Below are positions 1 through 12,065 of a stretch of 64,000 bases of DNA, in pieces. Origin of the DNA: Lama guanicoe (lineage: Eukaryota); NCBI GenBank assembly GCA_013239625.1, contig MU053352.1, forward strand, positions 629,079 through 693,078. Reading direction: 5' to 3'. Position 1 is the stretch's first letter. Each line of letters opens with the position of its first letter. A program made the translations under genes and the position numbers. The notes under the pieces were generated by a model. The model saw only the letters and a program-made list of their open reading frames with translations, was not told the DNA's origin and ran no database searches.

Positions 1-639
1 TCTCCATGGTATAAACAAGGAAAGTGAGGTACAGAGAGATTAGGTAACTTACCCAGGGCCAGAAAATTAGTCAGTGGCAGTGCTGGGATTTAAATGCAGA
101 TTCAAAGAGAAACACCTCCCTCAAAGCCCTTCTGCAGGTAGAAGGGAGCACAGGGACTGGAGCCAGGTCACCCGTCCCCTCTCTCTTTCATTTCCAGAAT
201 GCCAGCCATCGGCCTCAGCAGGCAGTGGTGCTTCTTCCACTGTGTCCATGGTAACCAAGCTTCTCAAACCGAAAAGCAGGGCACGATGGAGGACAAGGCC
301 CAGGGTGCCTGTGGGGAATGACTGGCCAGGTATCTGGAATGGGGGCTGCATGAAGAGCCCCAGCTGCTCTGACCAAACCAGAGCCCACCATCAGGGGAGC
401 CCCAACCTCCCTGGCCTGCAGAAGACTTAGGCACATCCAGACCTCACTGCTGGGCTTGAGGGAGCAACACCAGCTCCCTCCCACCAGGCACACACTCCTC
501 GCCACTGAAGTTACCCTGTCACCACGAACAGGAAAGCCTGTGGCAAAGGTGGCGGCTGGATGTCAAAGCCTTTTCCCATTCCTGGACTGATTGAGCACAC
601 GGATAACAAAGAATGTGATAAGAGATGGTGTTTGCACCC

Positions 640-850
640 TGCTGTAAGCTAGCATTTCTGAGCACTTAGTACATTCCAGGCCCTGTGCTAAGTGCCCTGC
701 ATCTGTTCTGTCATACTTTAGTGACCAATATTTGAGGCAGATGTTATCACCCCCATTTAACAGAGGATGAAACTGAGGTTCTGAGGGTTGTGTCACTACC
801 CTGAAGACAAACAGCTGGAGGAGGGGAGCTGGGTTTCAACCTAGTAAGAG
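640..850 (-). mobile_element. MIR SINE
   Basis: CCCCATTTAACAGAGGATGAAACTGAGG core. Confidence 0.65.
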
Positions 851-1180
851 TCAGGGTTGAGACATTTTTTTCTGTAAAGAGCCAGAGAGCAAATATTTTA
901 GGCTTTGCAGACCTACAGAAATACAGACTCTGTCATAGATACTCAACTCTGTCACAGCTACTCAACTCTGTCACTGCAGCACAAAAGTGGCTGTCTATAA
1001 AATGTAAACAAATGGATGTGGCTCTGTTCCAATGAAACTTTATTTATGGACACTGAAATTTGAATTTCATGCAATTTTCATGTGTCACAAAATATTCTTT
1101 TGCTTTCCTCCTTCAACCATTTAAAAATATAAAACTCTTCAGCCGTACAAAGACAGGCAGGGTCCAGAGTGCTGACCTCT
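851..1180 (+). mobile_element. MER58B-like hAT-Charlie non-autonomous DNA transposon
   Basis: TTTTTCTGTAAAGAGCCAGA..TACTCAACTCTG..GGACACTGAAATTTGAATTTCA resemble the recalled consensus. Confidence 0.75.
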
Positions 1181-3343
1181 GCTCCACAGGCAGTGCACTC
1201 AACTACTCTGTTGACGGCCTCCAACAGCAGAGACCAGCTTTTGGCATCTGTGCAGAACTCGGCCACATGCATCCCTGCCACACAGACGCCACACTCCAGC
1301 CCGAGGCAGCCAGCGGGGACTGAGCGCTGGACGAGTGCTGCCCCAAGTACTGCTCGAAGCACTTATGTATGTGAATGAATTTTAACCTACACTAGCTGAT
1401 AGTGCTGTGATTTCCCCCTTTTCTTGGAGGAAGTGAGGTACACAGACTTTAAATCCAAGGTCTCCCAGCTGTGTACGTGAGAGGTGAAGCCAGGATTCGA
1501 ACCCAGGCTGCCGATGCTGAGCTCGACCACTGCTCTGCTGGAGCCCAGCCTGGGCCCGCAGCCAGACTGTCTGGGTTTGAATGCGACAAGGCCCTGCACG
1601 TAAGCCCTTGGCACAGAGTCTGGAACACATTAAGAGGTGATAAATGTTAGCTGCTAATATCATTAAGACTATTGTTACTACCACTATGGGCTAGCTATGT
1701 GGCCTTCAGCAAGCTGCTGTCTCTGTCTGGGCCTTGGTGAGGTCTCTAAATAGCTTCCAGCTTCAACGTTTTCAGCCCTGTGAGGTTGCAGAGGGCTCTC
1801 TGTTTTTCTTGGGTCTAGAGTTTAAAGCTCTTGAGCTGGCCCTGAGGGGATCAGGATCCAGGCCTGGGGGCCGCACACGAGCCACAGAGGAGGCGGGGTG
1901 GAGTGGAAGCAGGGACAACACACAGGACACCAAAAAGCCTGCCCAGCTAGAGAGCTGGGAGCTCTCTTTCTTCCAGCGACAGGGCCAACTATTTCTCACT
2001 AAAAATCTATTATGTTCCCCTGTAATTCGATCAGGCAAGAAGGGGGCCCCAAATTAAGTCTGGAACTAGCAAATTATCTGCTAATTGCACCCTCTGATTT
2101 CCATCTGATGAACAGAGTGCGGATGGAAGAAAATACAAGCCACAAAGAGATGGGGCCAGGGAGCCCGTGAGCATAACTCCTCCTGACATCTCACACAGCT
2201 ATGCTGTTCCAGCGGCCGCGGGCGCAGTGAGTCGGTGTCTAGGAATGCAGGAGGCTGCAGGCGTTCTCCAGTCCCCCCACCCCAGCTCCCCGCACAAAGG
2301 ACTCAGTGGGTGGGTGGGTGTGTGGGGAACCAGTGTGAGGATTCCTCAATGCCACAAAACTGCACCCCCACCGAAGACGTGTGGCTGTCTCCCCGTGTCC
2401 TGAGCTGAAGCGCAGGGCTCTCCCAGGTGGAGTCTGCCTGACCTCTCTAAATCCAGACCTCAGGAGGGACCAAGAAGGACAGACCACCAGAAGTGAGAAG
2501 CTGCTGGCCACTCAGACCCCAGAGTGTGGCTCCCTGGGGCCAATTTCAAAGGCCCAAACCCCCCAGAACTGGGAGGTAGAAGGTCACAGTGGAGGCTGTA
2601 TTTCCACTGCCTGCCCTTGGATACTAGTCCCAGATGGAAAGCTGCTCTTCTGGGTTCCAGGTGGGGGATTCAGAAGTTACGGTTGCCAGAGGCAACAGGA
2701 GGGACACTTGGACTGGCAGTTACAGACGGGATAAGATGGCAGGAGAGGTACTAATCTCTCACTCGTTTCACAAGTTAGAAACCTGGCGGAGAGCCCAGCA
2801 AACCGACTCCTCAGAACCAACTGAGACTCAGGGCTTCAAGGTGGCTGTGAGAGGCTGGAGAAGACCGGCGGCCCCAAGTGAGCGCTCTAGGGGGCAGTGG
2901 TGAATGCATGAATCACCCCAACCTCTTCTCAGAAGGAGGCTCTGGTCAGATAACCTGAAGCCCAAGGAACTGTGTCTGTGTGGGGCCCTCTATTGGCCGG
3001 GAGGACTCCCACCAGGGACGGGGAGCTCGAGGACTGCGGCTTCTGAACCTTGGAAAGTGAGCAGTGTCACCCCGTTTGCTGGCTGTTTTTGCTCCCCCTC
3101 ACTTCAGGCTCACTTTCCACACTACAGCAGCAGTCGGCTTTCAAAAATGAGAGTCCCAGCAATTCTACTGCCAGAAATTTTGCCCCGAGAAATATTCCTA
3201 CAAATGTGCCAAGATGTGTGTCCAGCATGGTTTAGTACTAAAAGATGAGGAACAAGCCATGTGTCCATCAGTAGGGGTGGGCTAACTACAATCCCACAGC
3301 CATGCAACACAATACTATGCAGCTGTTAAAAATAATGAGGTAG

Positions 3344-3503
3344 GGGGATGGTATAGGTCAGAGGTAGAGCACATGCCTAGCATGCACAAGGTCCTGGGTT
3401 CAATCTCCAGCACCTCCATTAACATACATACAATACATACATACATACATACATACATACATACACTTAATTACCTTCCCCCACAACAACAACAACAACA
3501 AAA
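3344..3503 (+). mobile_element. tRNA-Ala-derived camelid SINE (vic-1-like) with (ACAT)n/(CAA)n tail
   Basis: tRNA-like head GGTATAG..GGTAGAGCACATGCCTAGCATGCACAAGGTCCTGGGTTCAATC; TSD AATGAGGTAG at 3334-3343 and 3504-3513; sits inside an old L1 fragment. Confidence 0.85.
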
Positions 3504-5568
3504 AATGAGGTAGACTTTAGGTCCCAAAACAGAAATTGTCCTGGGTAAGGGGTTATGTGAAATCCAGGCATCAGAGAGTCTGTGTGGTATAATCCCACTA
3601 TTTCAAAAATCAATGCACACAATCCTTGGAGACCATCTGGCCAACTCCACCACATGGATCAGTTTCTCTTTAGGGTAGCAGAGACAAGAAGCAGGGATGA
3701 CACACTATTCTTTTTCTACCTTTTTGATACTGTTTACATTTTTTCTTACACTGAAGTGCTGCTTTTTCAAATGATAAATGAACAACAACAAAAAGAAGTC
3801 CTATGGTTTAGAGCAAATACCTCCTCACACGTTTTTGCTGGTGCTCCTGTCCAAAGGCAAAGCCTGCCTGCCTAGATGCCCTGCACTCAGGACCCTGGGG
3901 CAGTCTCTTGGCTTCCCTCCTAGGGAAGCTGGCCGCCTCCTGTCCTGCTCCACTTCCCAGAAAGGCCATGCAGGCTCTCCCCTTGGGCAGTCCCCAAGCC
4001 TCTGCTCCCTTAGCTCCTTCTGCAGCCCCCTCCGTCTCCTACTTTTTCCAGGCCCACCTCCAATGGAGCACTCAGTCTCCTCTGGAAGGGGTTCCCCTGA
4101 TGTGTCCCTAAGCACATCTCACACAGGAAGGGCTTGGAGCCCGCATCTGTCCACCTCCAGGTCAAATACAGGCGCCCACACCTGGCCCACACCTGGCGCC
4201 TGCAGATGCCCAGTAAATAAGCATAGGATTCAGGAACTCTGTTAGGAACAACTTCTAGAAAAGGGATGATAACTAACGTCCACAAGAGACTTTCAGTTTA
4301 CAAAGGACTTTTATTCTCATCATCTCATTTAGTGCCTACAACAACCTGGCAAGGGGTATGTACAGCACAGACAGGGCAAGGGAAGCCCAGAGAGGTCAGG
4401 CAACCCAGCTGAGGTTACTGCTGGGAGGGGCAGGATTGAGATTAAAAGCCCGGTTTGCTGACCTCAAGTCCCAAGCCCTTTCCTCAACAGAAGCCAGAGC
4501 GAGGTGTTGAGGAACCTGGCCCTCCCGCACAGGGCCCCAAAGTGCTGGGTACACGGAACTCCTGCATCTGATTTCTCTACATTTCCTGCCCACAGTCTTA
4601 CTGTCAGGACAACATGAAAGAGTTTATCAAATGCCTGTCTCTCGATAGCAACCCAGTGAAAACATGAAGCCAGGTCTGAGGAGTCATGACTAATTCACAA
4701 CTGCTGGATCAGCTCCTCTTCTTAAGTGCTCACGCTCCCCCTAGCCTATCACCTGCAAAATTCCAGAGTCCCATCGGAATTTGTCCACAAAATTCCATCG
4801 GAATTCTGTGACAGAGTCAAGCCAAAAGGATTATGAGTTTACTGTTTCAGCATCTCTTTTCCCTCCTTTTTGAAAACCGGGCCGGTTAGCCATCTCTACT
4901 TTCCTCTCACTACTAGATCCTTAGTACCTGGTACACAGCAGGTGTGGAACAAATAATTATACTTAGGGGTATCACACCAGTCTCCATGGTTTCTCAAAAG
5001 TTATTAACAGTGGTTCTATTGCTGCGCTGATAGGTTCCCCTCTGTCTTTCTTCAGTATTTTGGGAAATAATTTTTCCAGTCTGAAAATCTAAACACATTT
5101 CATGTCACTGGGTATCCCCACACATCTTGAGCTTCCCCCCCCCCATTCCGAGTTTCAAGTTCATGAGCCATAAAACAAGGGACTGGACTAAATCTCTAGG
5201 GTTTTATCCAGATTTCCATGATACCTGATTAAGCTGGAGGCTAAGAACTGTCTTCTGCCCGGTGTCTGTCAACATGACACCACATTCCAGAAGTTGTGGA
5301 CCCTTGGCTCCCACTCTGTAAAACACCGACAGAGTTCTAGGACCTCTGCACCGAGGTGGGCTTGCTCACGTACGCTTTCCTTTTATTGGCGTAACACTGT
5401 GAGGTCGGGGTATCACCTCCTTTTTACGTATGAGGAACTGAAGCTCAAAGAGAAGGCCGTCCAAGGTCACAGGTCTAGGAACCAGCAGAGCTGGGATTTA
5501 ACCCAAAACTTTGGATTCCAAGTCCAAGACATTAAAATGGCCTCAAATAACCATTCTATACTGGACTT

Positions 5569-5757
5569 ACAGTGGTATTTCAAAAGTGTGGTCAAAGGGA
5601 CAGCAGCGTCAGATACCCTTGGGCAGCTTGCTGAAAATGAAGATTCCTGGCATTACCCCAGGCCAACATAACAACAGTTGCCAAGACTGAGCAGGAGAAT
5701 TGCATTTTAAATAAGCTCCAGTATTTCTGCTGCAGACCGAAGACGGAAACCACTGCT
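5569..5757. mobile_element. MER5A-like DNA transposon
   Basis: CAGTGG..CAAAAGTGTGGTC..TGCATTTTAAATAAGCTCC..AACCACTG ends. Confidence 0.6.
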
Positions 5758-8274
5758 TTCCTCTTTCCTGTGTGTCTTCCACTTGATTTCCACTCCATCC
5801 TCACACTGACCCCGAGAGGCAGGCAGGTAGATCACTAGCCTCCCCTTGGCTACAAATGAGGAAATGGTTGCAAGACAGATTGTTCATCTTCCTATTCTGG
5901 ATGTAGCTCAATAAATAAATATTTGGTGGTTGACATCTGTAAAGCCTTGGCTCGCTGGAGACTTCCACCTTCCTGGAGCTGTTCCTACTCATCTGAAACC
6001 CACAGTAGTGGTGTTCAAGTACAGTGGGAAAAGATGGCTCCAGAATATAGGGTCATCTCATGAAAAGGCCACCTTTGGAACTGAAACAGGTTAACAAAAC
6101 AAAACACAAGGGCTGACATGAGCTAACTTCAGAAAGAGCTGGTGCTGCGCTAAGAGTCGGTGCTACTGATGGGAGCGGAGTGGGGCACCCTAGGATCTAA
6201 GCAGAATTGTGACTGGGCAGCCCCAGGGAGGCAGGACCAGGTGACTGACATGTAGAATAAAACCCCCTAATTCAAATCCGGCTTGAGACACCCAGAGGTT
6301 TTTCCTGGTGATGGAGAGGAGTGTGGAGAAACAGAGTTTATTAGCAGCCCCTCCAGTGCTACCCAAGGGAAGAGGGATTTCAGGCCTTGGAGGAAAACTA
6401 CAAGGAAATCAGCACAGTGGGCTGGGCAGTGCAGAAGGCATGCCATCCCTTGAGGCCGCAGTGTTGCTGGTTTCAGACTCTGAAATGACACAGACAGAGG
6501 TCTTATTCCATGCCCCCTCTTCGAAAGAAAAGCTCCTGCCTGGGAGAAAACTGTAGAGCAAAGAGACAGTGGTGATTGCACTGGAAGGGCTTTATGCAAG
6601 TGTCTAAAGAGAGAGGTGGTCATTTGACAAAAACATACTTTGTACAACAAGCACTGAGTGCCCACCGCATTCTCAGCACTCAGCCAAGCTCTGGGACACA
6701 AAGGAGAACAAGATGTGGATCCAGACAGAGAATTTCATACTCTAAGAGGGATGACGATGGCCGTGACTGAGGTTATACGAGGAGAATGACAAAGCGAGAG
6801 AAAAAGTCTCCTCTGATCGGTGGGGAAGGAGTGAGGGTGCACTTGGGGAGGCTCCTCCAGAGGCCTGGCTGTCTCGCCTGAACCTAACGGGCTGATCGCC
6901 AGGCAGACAAGAGGCACTCCAGCTGAAGGAATAACATGTGCAAAAGCACTGAGGCGTAACAGAGTAAGGTCCGAAAGCTGCAGCGGCAGGCACATGTGAG
7001 GAGTGAGCAGGGAAGAGGCTGGGATGGCAGAAGGGAGCACGGCTGACCTCGAGCCAGGTCAACCCCAGGCAGTGAGCAGTGATCAGAGTATTTAACACGC
7101 AGAGGCTCCCAATGAAGAGAACACAGAGCCTGAAACAGCAAAGACAGCGCTGGCCCTTTGCAGGTTTTTCTCCTTGGGGGGCATTCACCTCTCGAGTCTG
7201 CACCTGGCTACGTGTCCATCCACACGAAGTCTGCTGGCCGACCCGTGTGCATTAACAGCAGACCACGGCCCCATCCTCAGGCCACACCTCTCCCGAGGTG
7301 GTCATTTTAACAGCTGAGATTTGCTGTATGGGCTGTAAGTACATAAGGATGGGGTTGTAACCCCTGTTGCTCTCTGATATTAATATTACAAAATTAAATG
7401 TCTAACATTCAGGGTCAAATGCTGTGTTTACACAGATTCTCATCTCCTGGCTGCACCAGGAAAAAATGCTTTGGATACTGAACAAATCTCCGGGCAATGC
7501 CTGGCAGAGAAGGCCTGAAAATTTGACCTGGCCAACAACAAAACTTGCTGTGTGATCTGAGCCTGCTGTTAAACTTCTCTGGGCTTCAATTTCTTCCTCT
7601 GTAAAAGGGAGTTAGGGTAGCAAAAAATTCCACACCAGGAGGCCAATGCTGAAGGGTTGGGGTCAGAGGAAGGCTGGCTGGCTGAACACCCAGACACTCT
7701 CCAAGGCTAGTGTCACCTTGACAAATGATCCTAATCTAGGCCTCATTTTTGGCCTTTTAGGCCCAGAAACAGGACTTTGCAGTACTCAGAGAGGTGTAGA
7801 CATTCTAGGATGGGTGTATCCTAACCACTTATCAACCTACTGTCCACTGACAAACTAACACTTGAAATCAGAACCCCCACATTCCCTACACATGTACTCC
7901 CTCCAGCCCCTTCCTGTTAATCAAGAATCCCAGGCAGCCAAATTAGGTTGCACTGTGAGCACCGACTTACAATAAAGGGAAATGAGCAGCCACGGAGAGA
8001 AACTTCACTCTGGCAGTAATGAGCCAGCCAAACTAGCCCCACTTGCAACAAAGAACATCCTTCTGGTGACCACATCCAGAATCAGTATCTCTGTGCGGAC
8101 ATACTTCTAGTTTTGCCTCACTGACTTTTCACTGCTGGCCACTCATTATTCTACTGGTTTTTAAACTAATTTTTAATTAGAAGAAAAAAATCATGACTCC
8201 TTTAGATACGTAACAATCACCAATTCAGCCCTGGGAGACGTTTGGCTCCCTAGTAGCCAGTAACAAACGGCTAA

Positions 8275-8490
8275 CAGCCATGGGTGCTTACTCTGGGTTA
8301 CACACGACTTCACTCATCCACCCCTCACCATAACACTAGGAAGCAGGCAGTAGGTCACTTTTCCCATTTTATAGGTGAGGAAATGAAGTACAGAAAGGGT
8401 AAGTAACTTGCCTACAGTGCACAGCAAATAAATGGCAGCACCAGGATTTGAACCAAAGAAATCTGGTTCTCAAGCCTTTCTTAACTACCA
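8275..8490 (-). mobile_element. MIR SINE
   Basis: CCCATTTTATAGGTGAGGAAA..AAGTAACTTGCC..GGATTTGAACC. Confidence 0.7.
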
Positions 8491-9149
8491 CACAAGACGG
8501 CTCTCATTACACATGGATCCAACTAGTTTAACTCCCAAAGGACAAATTTCATTTTTAAGAACTGCTAACCTATCCACCCAGTAGCTGCCATAAATCACCC
8601 ACAAGTAAAAGACAAATTTTTTTTCCACTTTATACTTCATGGGCATCTTTAGCTAATGCCACCATTTAAAGATTTCTAAAAATTAAAAAAAAAAACAACA
8701 AAAATTTTAAAACTTACGATTAGAATTGGGATTTGTCAGATTTCAGGGCAGTCATAACTAGTTTGGGCTGGAGCAGCTGAACTCACTGGTTTTCTCTCCA
8801 GGGCTTGCTCCCATCTAGACTGTGCCTGCAGAGAAGGACAGCTCAAGACCTGCTGCTGGGCAGGAGGACTCCTGGGTCAGCCTCTCTGGCTCCTTCGGGG
8901 ACAGAAGACAAATCTTTAACTGCCCACCTCGAGACTTGCAGGCAATTTTCCCAAACAACCTAATGTCTGGAACCAATTCCTCCCTGCTGATTACAGTAAC
9001 TGCAGCCACAGTGGCTGCTGAGGGAAGTATGTAGGGAAGGGGAAGGGCAGGGAAAGGCCACGCTTACATCACATCTCTTGGCCACCCCGGCGATTCATTC
9101 GACAAGTATCCCTCCTATGCCAACACGTGCCCAGTGGTGACATGTGAGG

Positions 9150-10270
9150 GGCAAAGAGCCCCGTGGTCCCTGACCAAGTTATGCTGACACATTAGAGGTC
9201 TCAGGATGTCGTTAGGGAGATGATCAGATGATTCTACATGTAAAATTAAACCCACAAAAAAAGCTTCAAAGGGAAGATCTGTGAAAGCATAAAACAGGGG
9301 CCATGACCTGTTTTGTTATCTACTTCCCTGAGACATCCATTTCTCATCCAGGTACATATGAAGAGTGAGCAGGTGTTAATTAGGCCAAAAGAAGGTGAGA
9401 GGGCTTCCCGGGTGTAGGGAGCAGCAGGAGCAAAGGCCCGGTCAGAAGGAAAAAGGGCACGTTTTGGACCTGTAAAGAAGAACGGTGAGGCTGAAGTAGG
9501 GAGAACAGGAGACTATGGGGAGAGGCCGGACCACGGGGGGCTCTACAGGCCACACTTAGGGCTTTGGCCTTTATCTAAAAATGCTGGAAAATCATGCAAC
9601 TATATAAGGACCGAGAGATGAGAGTGTGATGTGGTCAGACTTAAAAAAAAAAAAAATCACTGATTTTGGCTGCTTTGTGGAGGATGGACTGGGGGTGCAG
9701 AGTGATTAAGGACAGTTAGAAGGCTACTGTGGTCATCCAGGTGAGAGAGGACGGTAACCTGGAGCAGGGTGGAGAAATGGATTCAAAATATAACCTGGAG
9801 AGAAAACTGACAAACTAGATCTGGAGGATACGAGAGGAGTACTGGGAAGGACACCTGGTTCTGGCTTGGGCAGTGGCTGGTGCCACTCAACAGGACAGGT
9901 TACAGTGTAAGAGGAGCCAGTTTTGGAAAGTCCAGCTGGGTCTGGGATGCCTGCAAGACATCCAAATGGACATGTGAGGTTGACAGCAGGTGAGCTAGTG
10001 GAGAACTCAGGGGAAAGGTTTGCACTGGAGATATTGATTCCATCAGTATGTGGAGTATGTGGTCATCAGTGTGCAGAGGAGATGGGAGCCCCAGGCGAGG
10101 GTGAGACTCTCACCCCTGCAGAGGGAGAAATTGGCGAACGCGCCTGGGGGGATGGCAACATTTCAGAGCTGGGCAGAGGGGATAAGCAAATTGGAATGAC
10201 CGGAGAAGGGGAGGACACGAGCGGGAGTGTGGCATGTCAGGGAAGCCAAGGGAAGGGAACATTTAAAGAG
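9150..10270 (-). mobile_element. L2 fragment
   Basis: GGCTGCTTTGTGGAGGATGGACT..GGCTACTGTGGTCATCCAGGTGAGAG..GACATCCAAATGGA pattern. Confidence 0.7.
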
Positions 10271-11835
10271 TGACAAAGACACTAATTATAAACGCTAGCA
10301 TCTATTGAAACTTAATTACGGCCAGGCACTGTGCTAAGTAAGGGCTTTGAATACATGATCAAATTTAGTCTGCACAACAACCTTTTGAGGTGGGAACCAT
10401 TTCACCCTTTTGTAGATCAGGAAACTGGTCAAAGAAAGGATAAGCTAGTGACTCAAGAGAAGTGGGGATGGAAACTCAAGCAGCCTGACTGCAAACTCTG
10501 ATTCACTTTACGACCTCCAGTGCAGCCTTGGAGGCCTTGCAAGATGAAGAGAGGCCAGTGGGTGGAACAGTGAGGCTGTCCTCTGGAACCCTACTGAAGG
10601 GATGTTCCAGGGGAGAGACAGAATGGAAGCCAGACTAGAGCCCACTATCAGGAATGCTCCAACTTATGACCTGTCTGAGGGAGCCAGCTGGGAGGTCAGG
10701 CCAGTTTGTCCAATCTATGTCCCCATCAGCAGTTAACTGGGTGCTTTAATACTGTAGATGACGCTCAAAATGAAACGTGAACGGCTAATTAAGGAGCACA
10801 ACGCTGCCACATGCTGCTTTACGTTACACCACCCTAAGATGTGCAGAGAACGCTCTTCTCCATCCCCTCCGTGATCCTCGTGATTCTCACAGCTACTTCA
10901 TCAGGTGGATTACTTTCACTGCATCTCAGATGTAAGAAAATGAAGCTCAGAGTAACTAAGGAATTTGCCCACAGTTACACAGCTGGCCTGGCTCAGCTAA
11001 GACTTAACTCCAGGTCTTTTGACTCCGAGTCTTGTTCTTTCGTGGGAGTCACAGTGGAAAGAAGATCACTCTTTGGAGCCAGGGAGACCTGAATTCACAT
11101 GTTAGCTCTGTGTGACCCTGGGCAAGTTACTCTACCTTTCTGGGCTTTTCTGTTTTAGTATCAAATGAGGTTGCAGGGTTACTGTGAGGGTTGAATCAGA
11201 TAATCTAAGTGAAACTCCCAATACAATGTTTAATAAACATCAGCCCTTCACCCTAGCCCCACCCCTACCCCCCTCCATCCCTCCATCTCTGGCCCAGACA
11301 GCCAATATGGGGTTTCTATGGCATCTTAGTTTTCTCTTCCCAAAGAACAGAGCAGGATTAAGGCACGTTGAAGGTCACATGCTGTTGCAAACTAGGAGTC
11401 CCACTCTGTGTTCATGCTGGAGTTCCTTGTGGGGGCAGAGAAAGACCCAGGTGTTTGTCCTTCCCCTTCTCTGTCAGCCAGGCCCTAGCACCCTGCCCAC
11501 CAGCCAGCCTCAATGACCCGCTGGCTGGCTGTTTCCTTAGAGATAAACTAGACAAACAAGCAGATGAGAATCAAAGACTCAGGTCAGTAAACGCACAGCA
11601 GCACTTGTAGTGCAACAGCAGATGGCAGGGCTGCTCCACCAACGCCCACGCCAGGAGCCGGAGCCCCAGAAATCTGGCAGCATTTTTACTGACACTTGAA
11701 AGTTCCTGAAGCCTTTGAACCATTGCCCTTCAATGTTATCTGACACCACCAGTGTGTGTGGTGCTTGTTACCCTGAAGTTACAGAGGAGGAAACAAGCCT
11801 TCGGGAGGTGAAATGACTGCCCCGGTCAGGAATGC

Positions 11836-12065
11836 AAGACTCTGGTAAGCGAGCAGTCAGAACGCCTGGGTTCAAATCCCAGCTATGCCTACTTACTAGC
11901 TCTGAGACTGTGAGCAAGCAACCTCCATGTCCCTACTCATAAAATAGGTAGGACTAGTACCACAGTTATTAGGTTGTTGTAAGAATTAAATGAGATAATG
12001 TATGTGAAATGCTTAGGACAGTCTCTGGCGTGGAGTAAACGCTCAACAAAGGGTGCTATTACTGT
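11836..12065 (+). mobile_element. MIR SINE
   Basis: CTGGGTTCAAATCCCAGCT..CTTACTAGCT..ATTAAATGAGATAATG. Confidence 0.75.
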
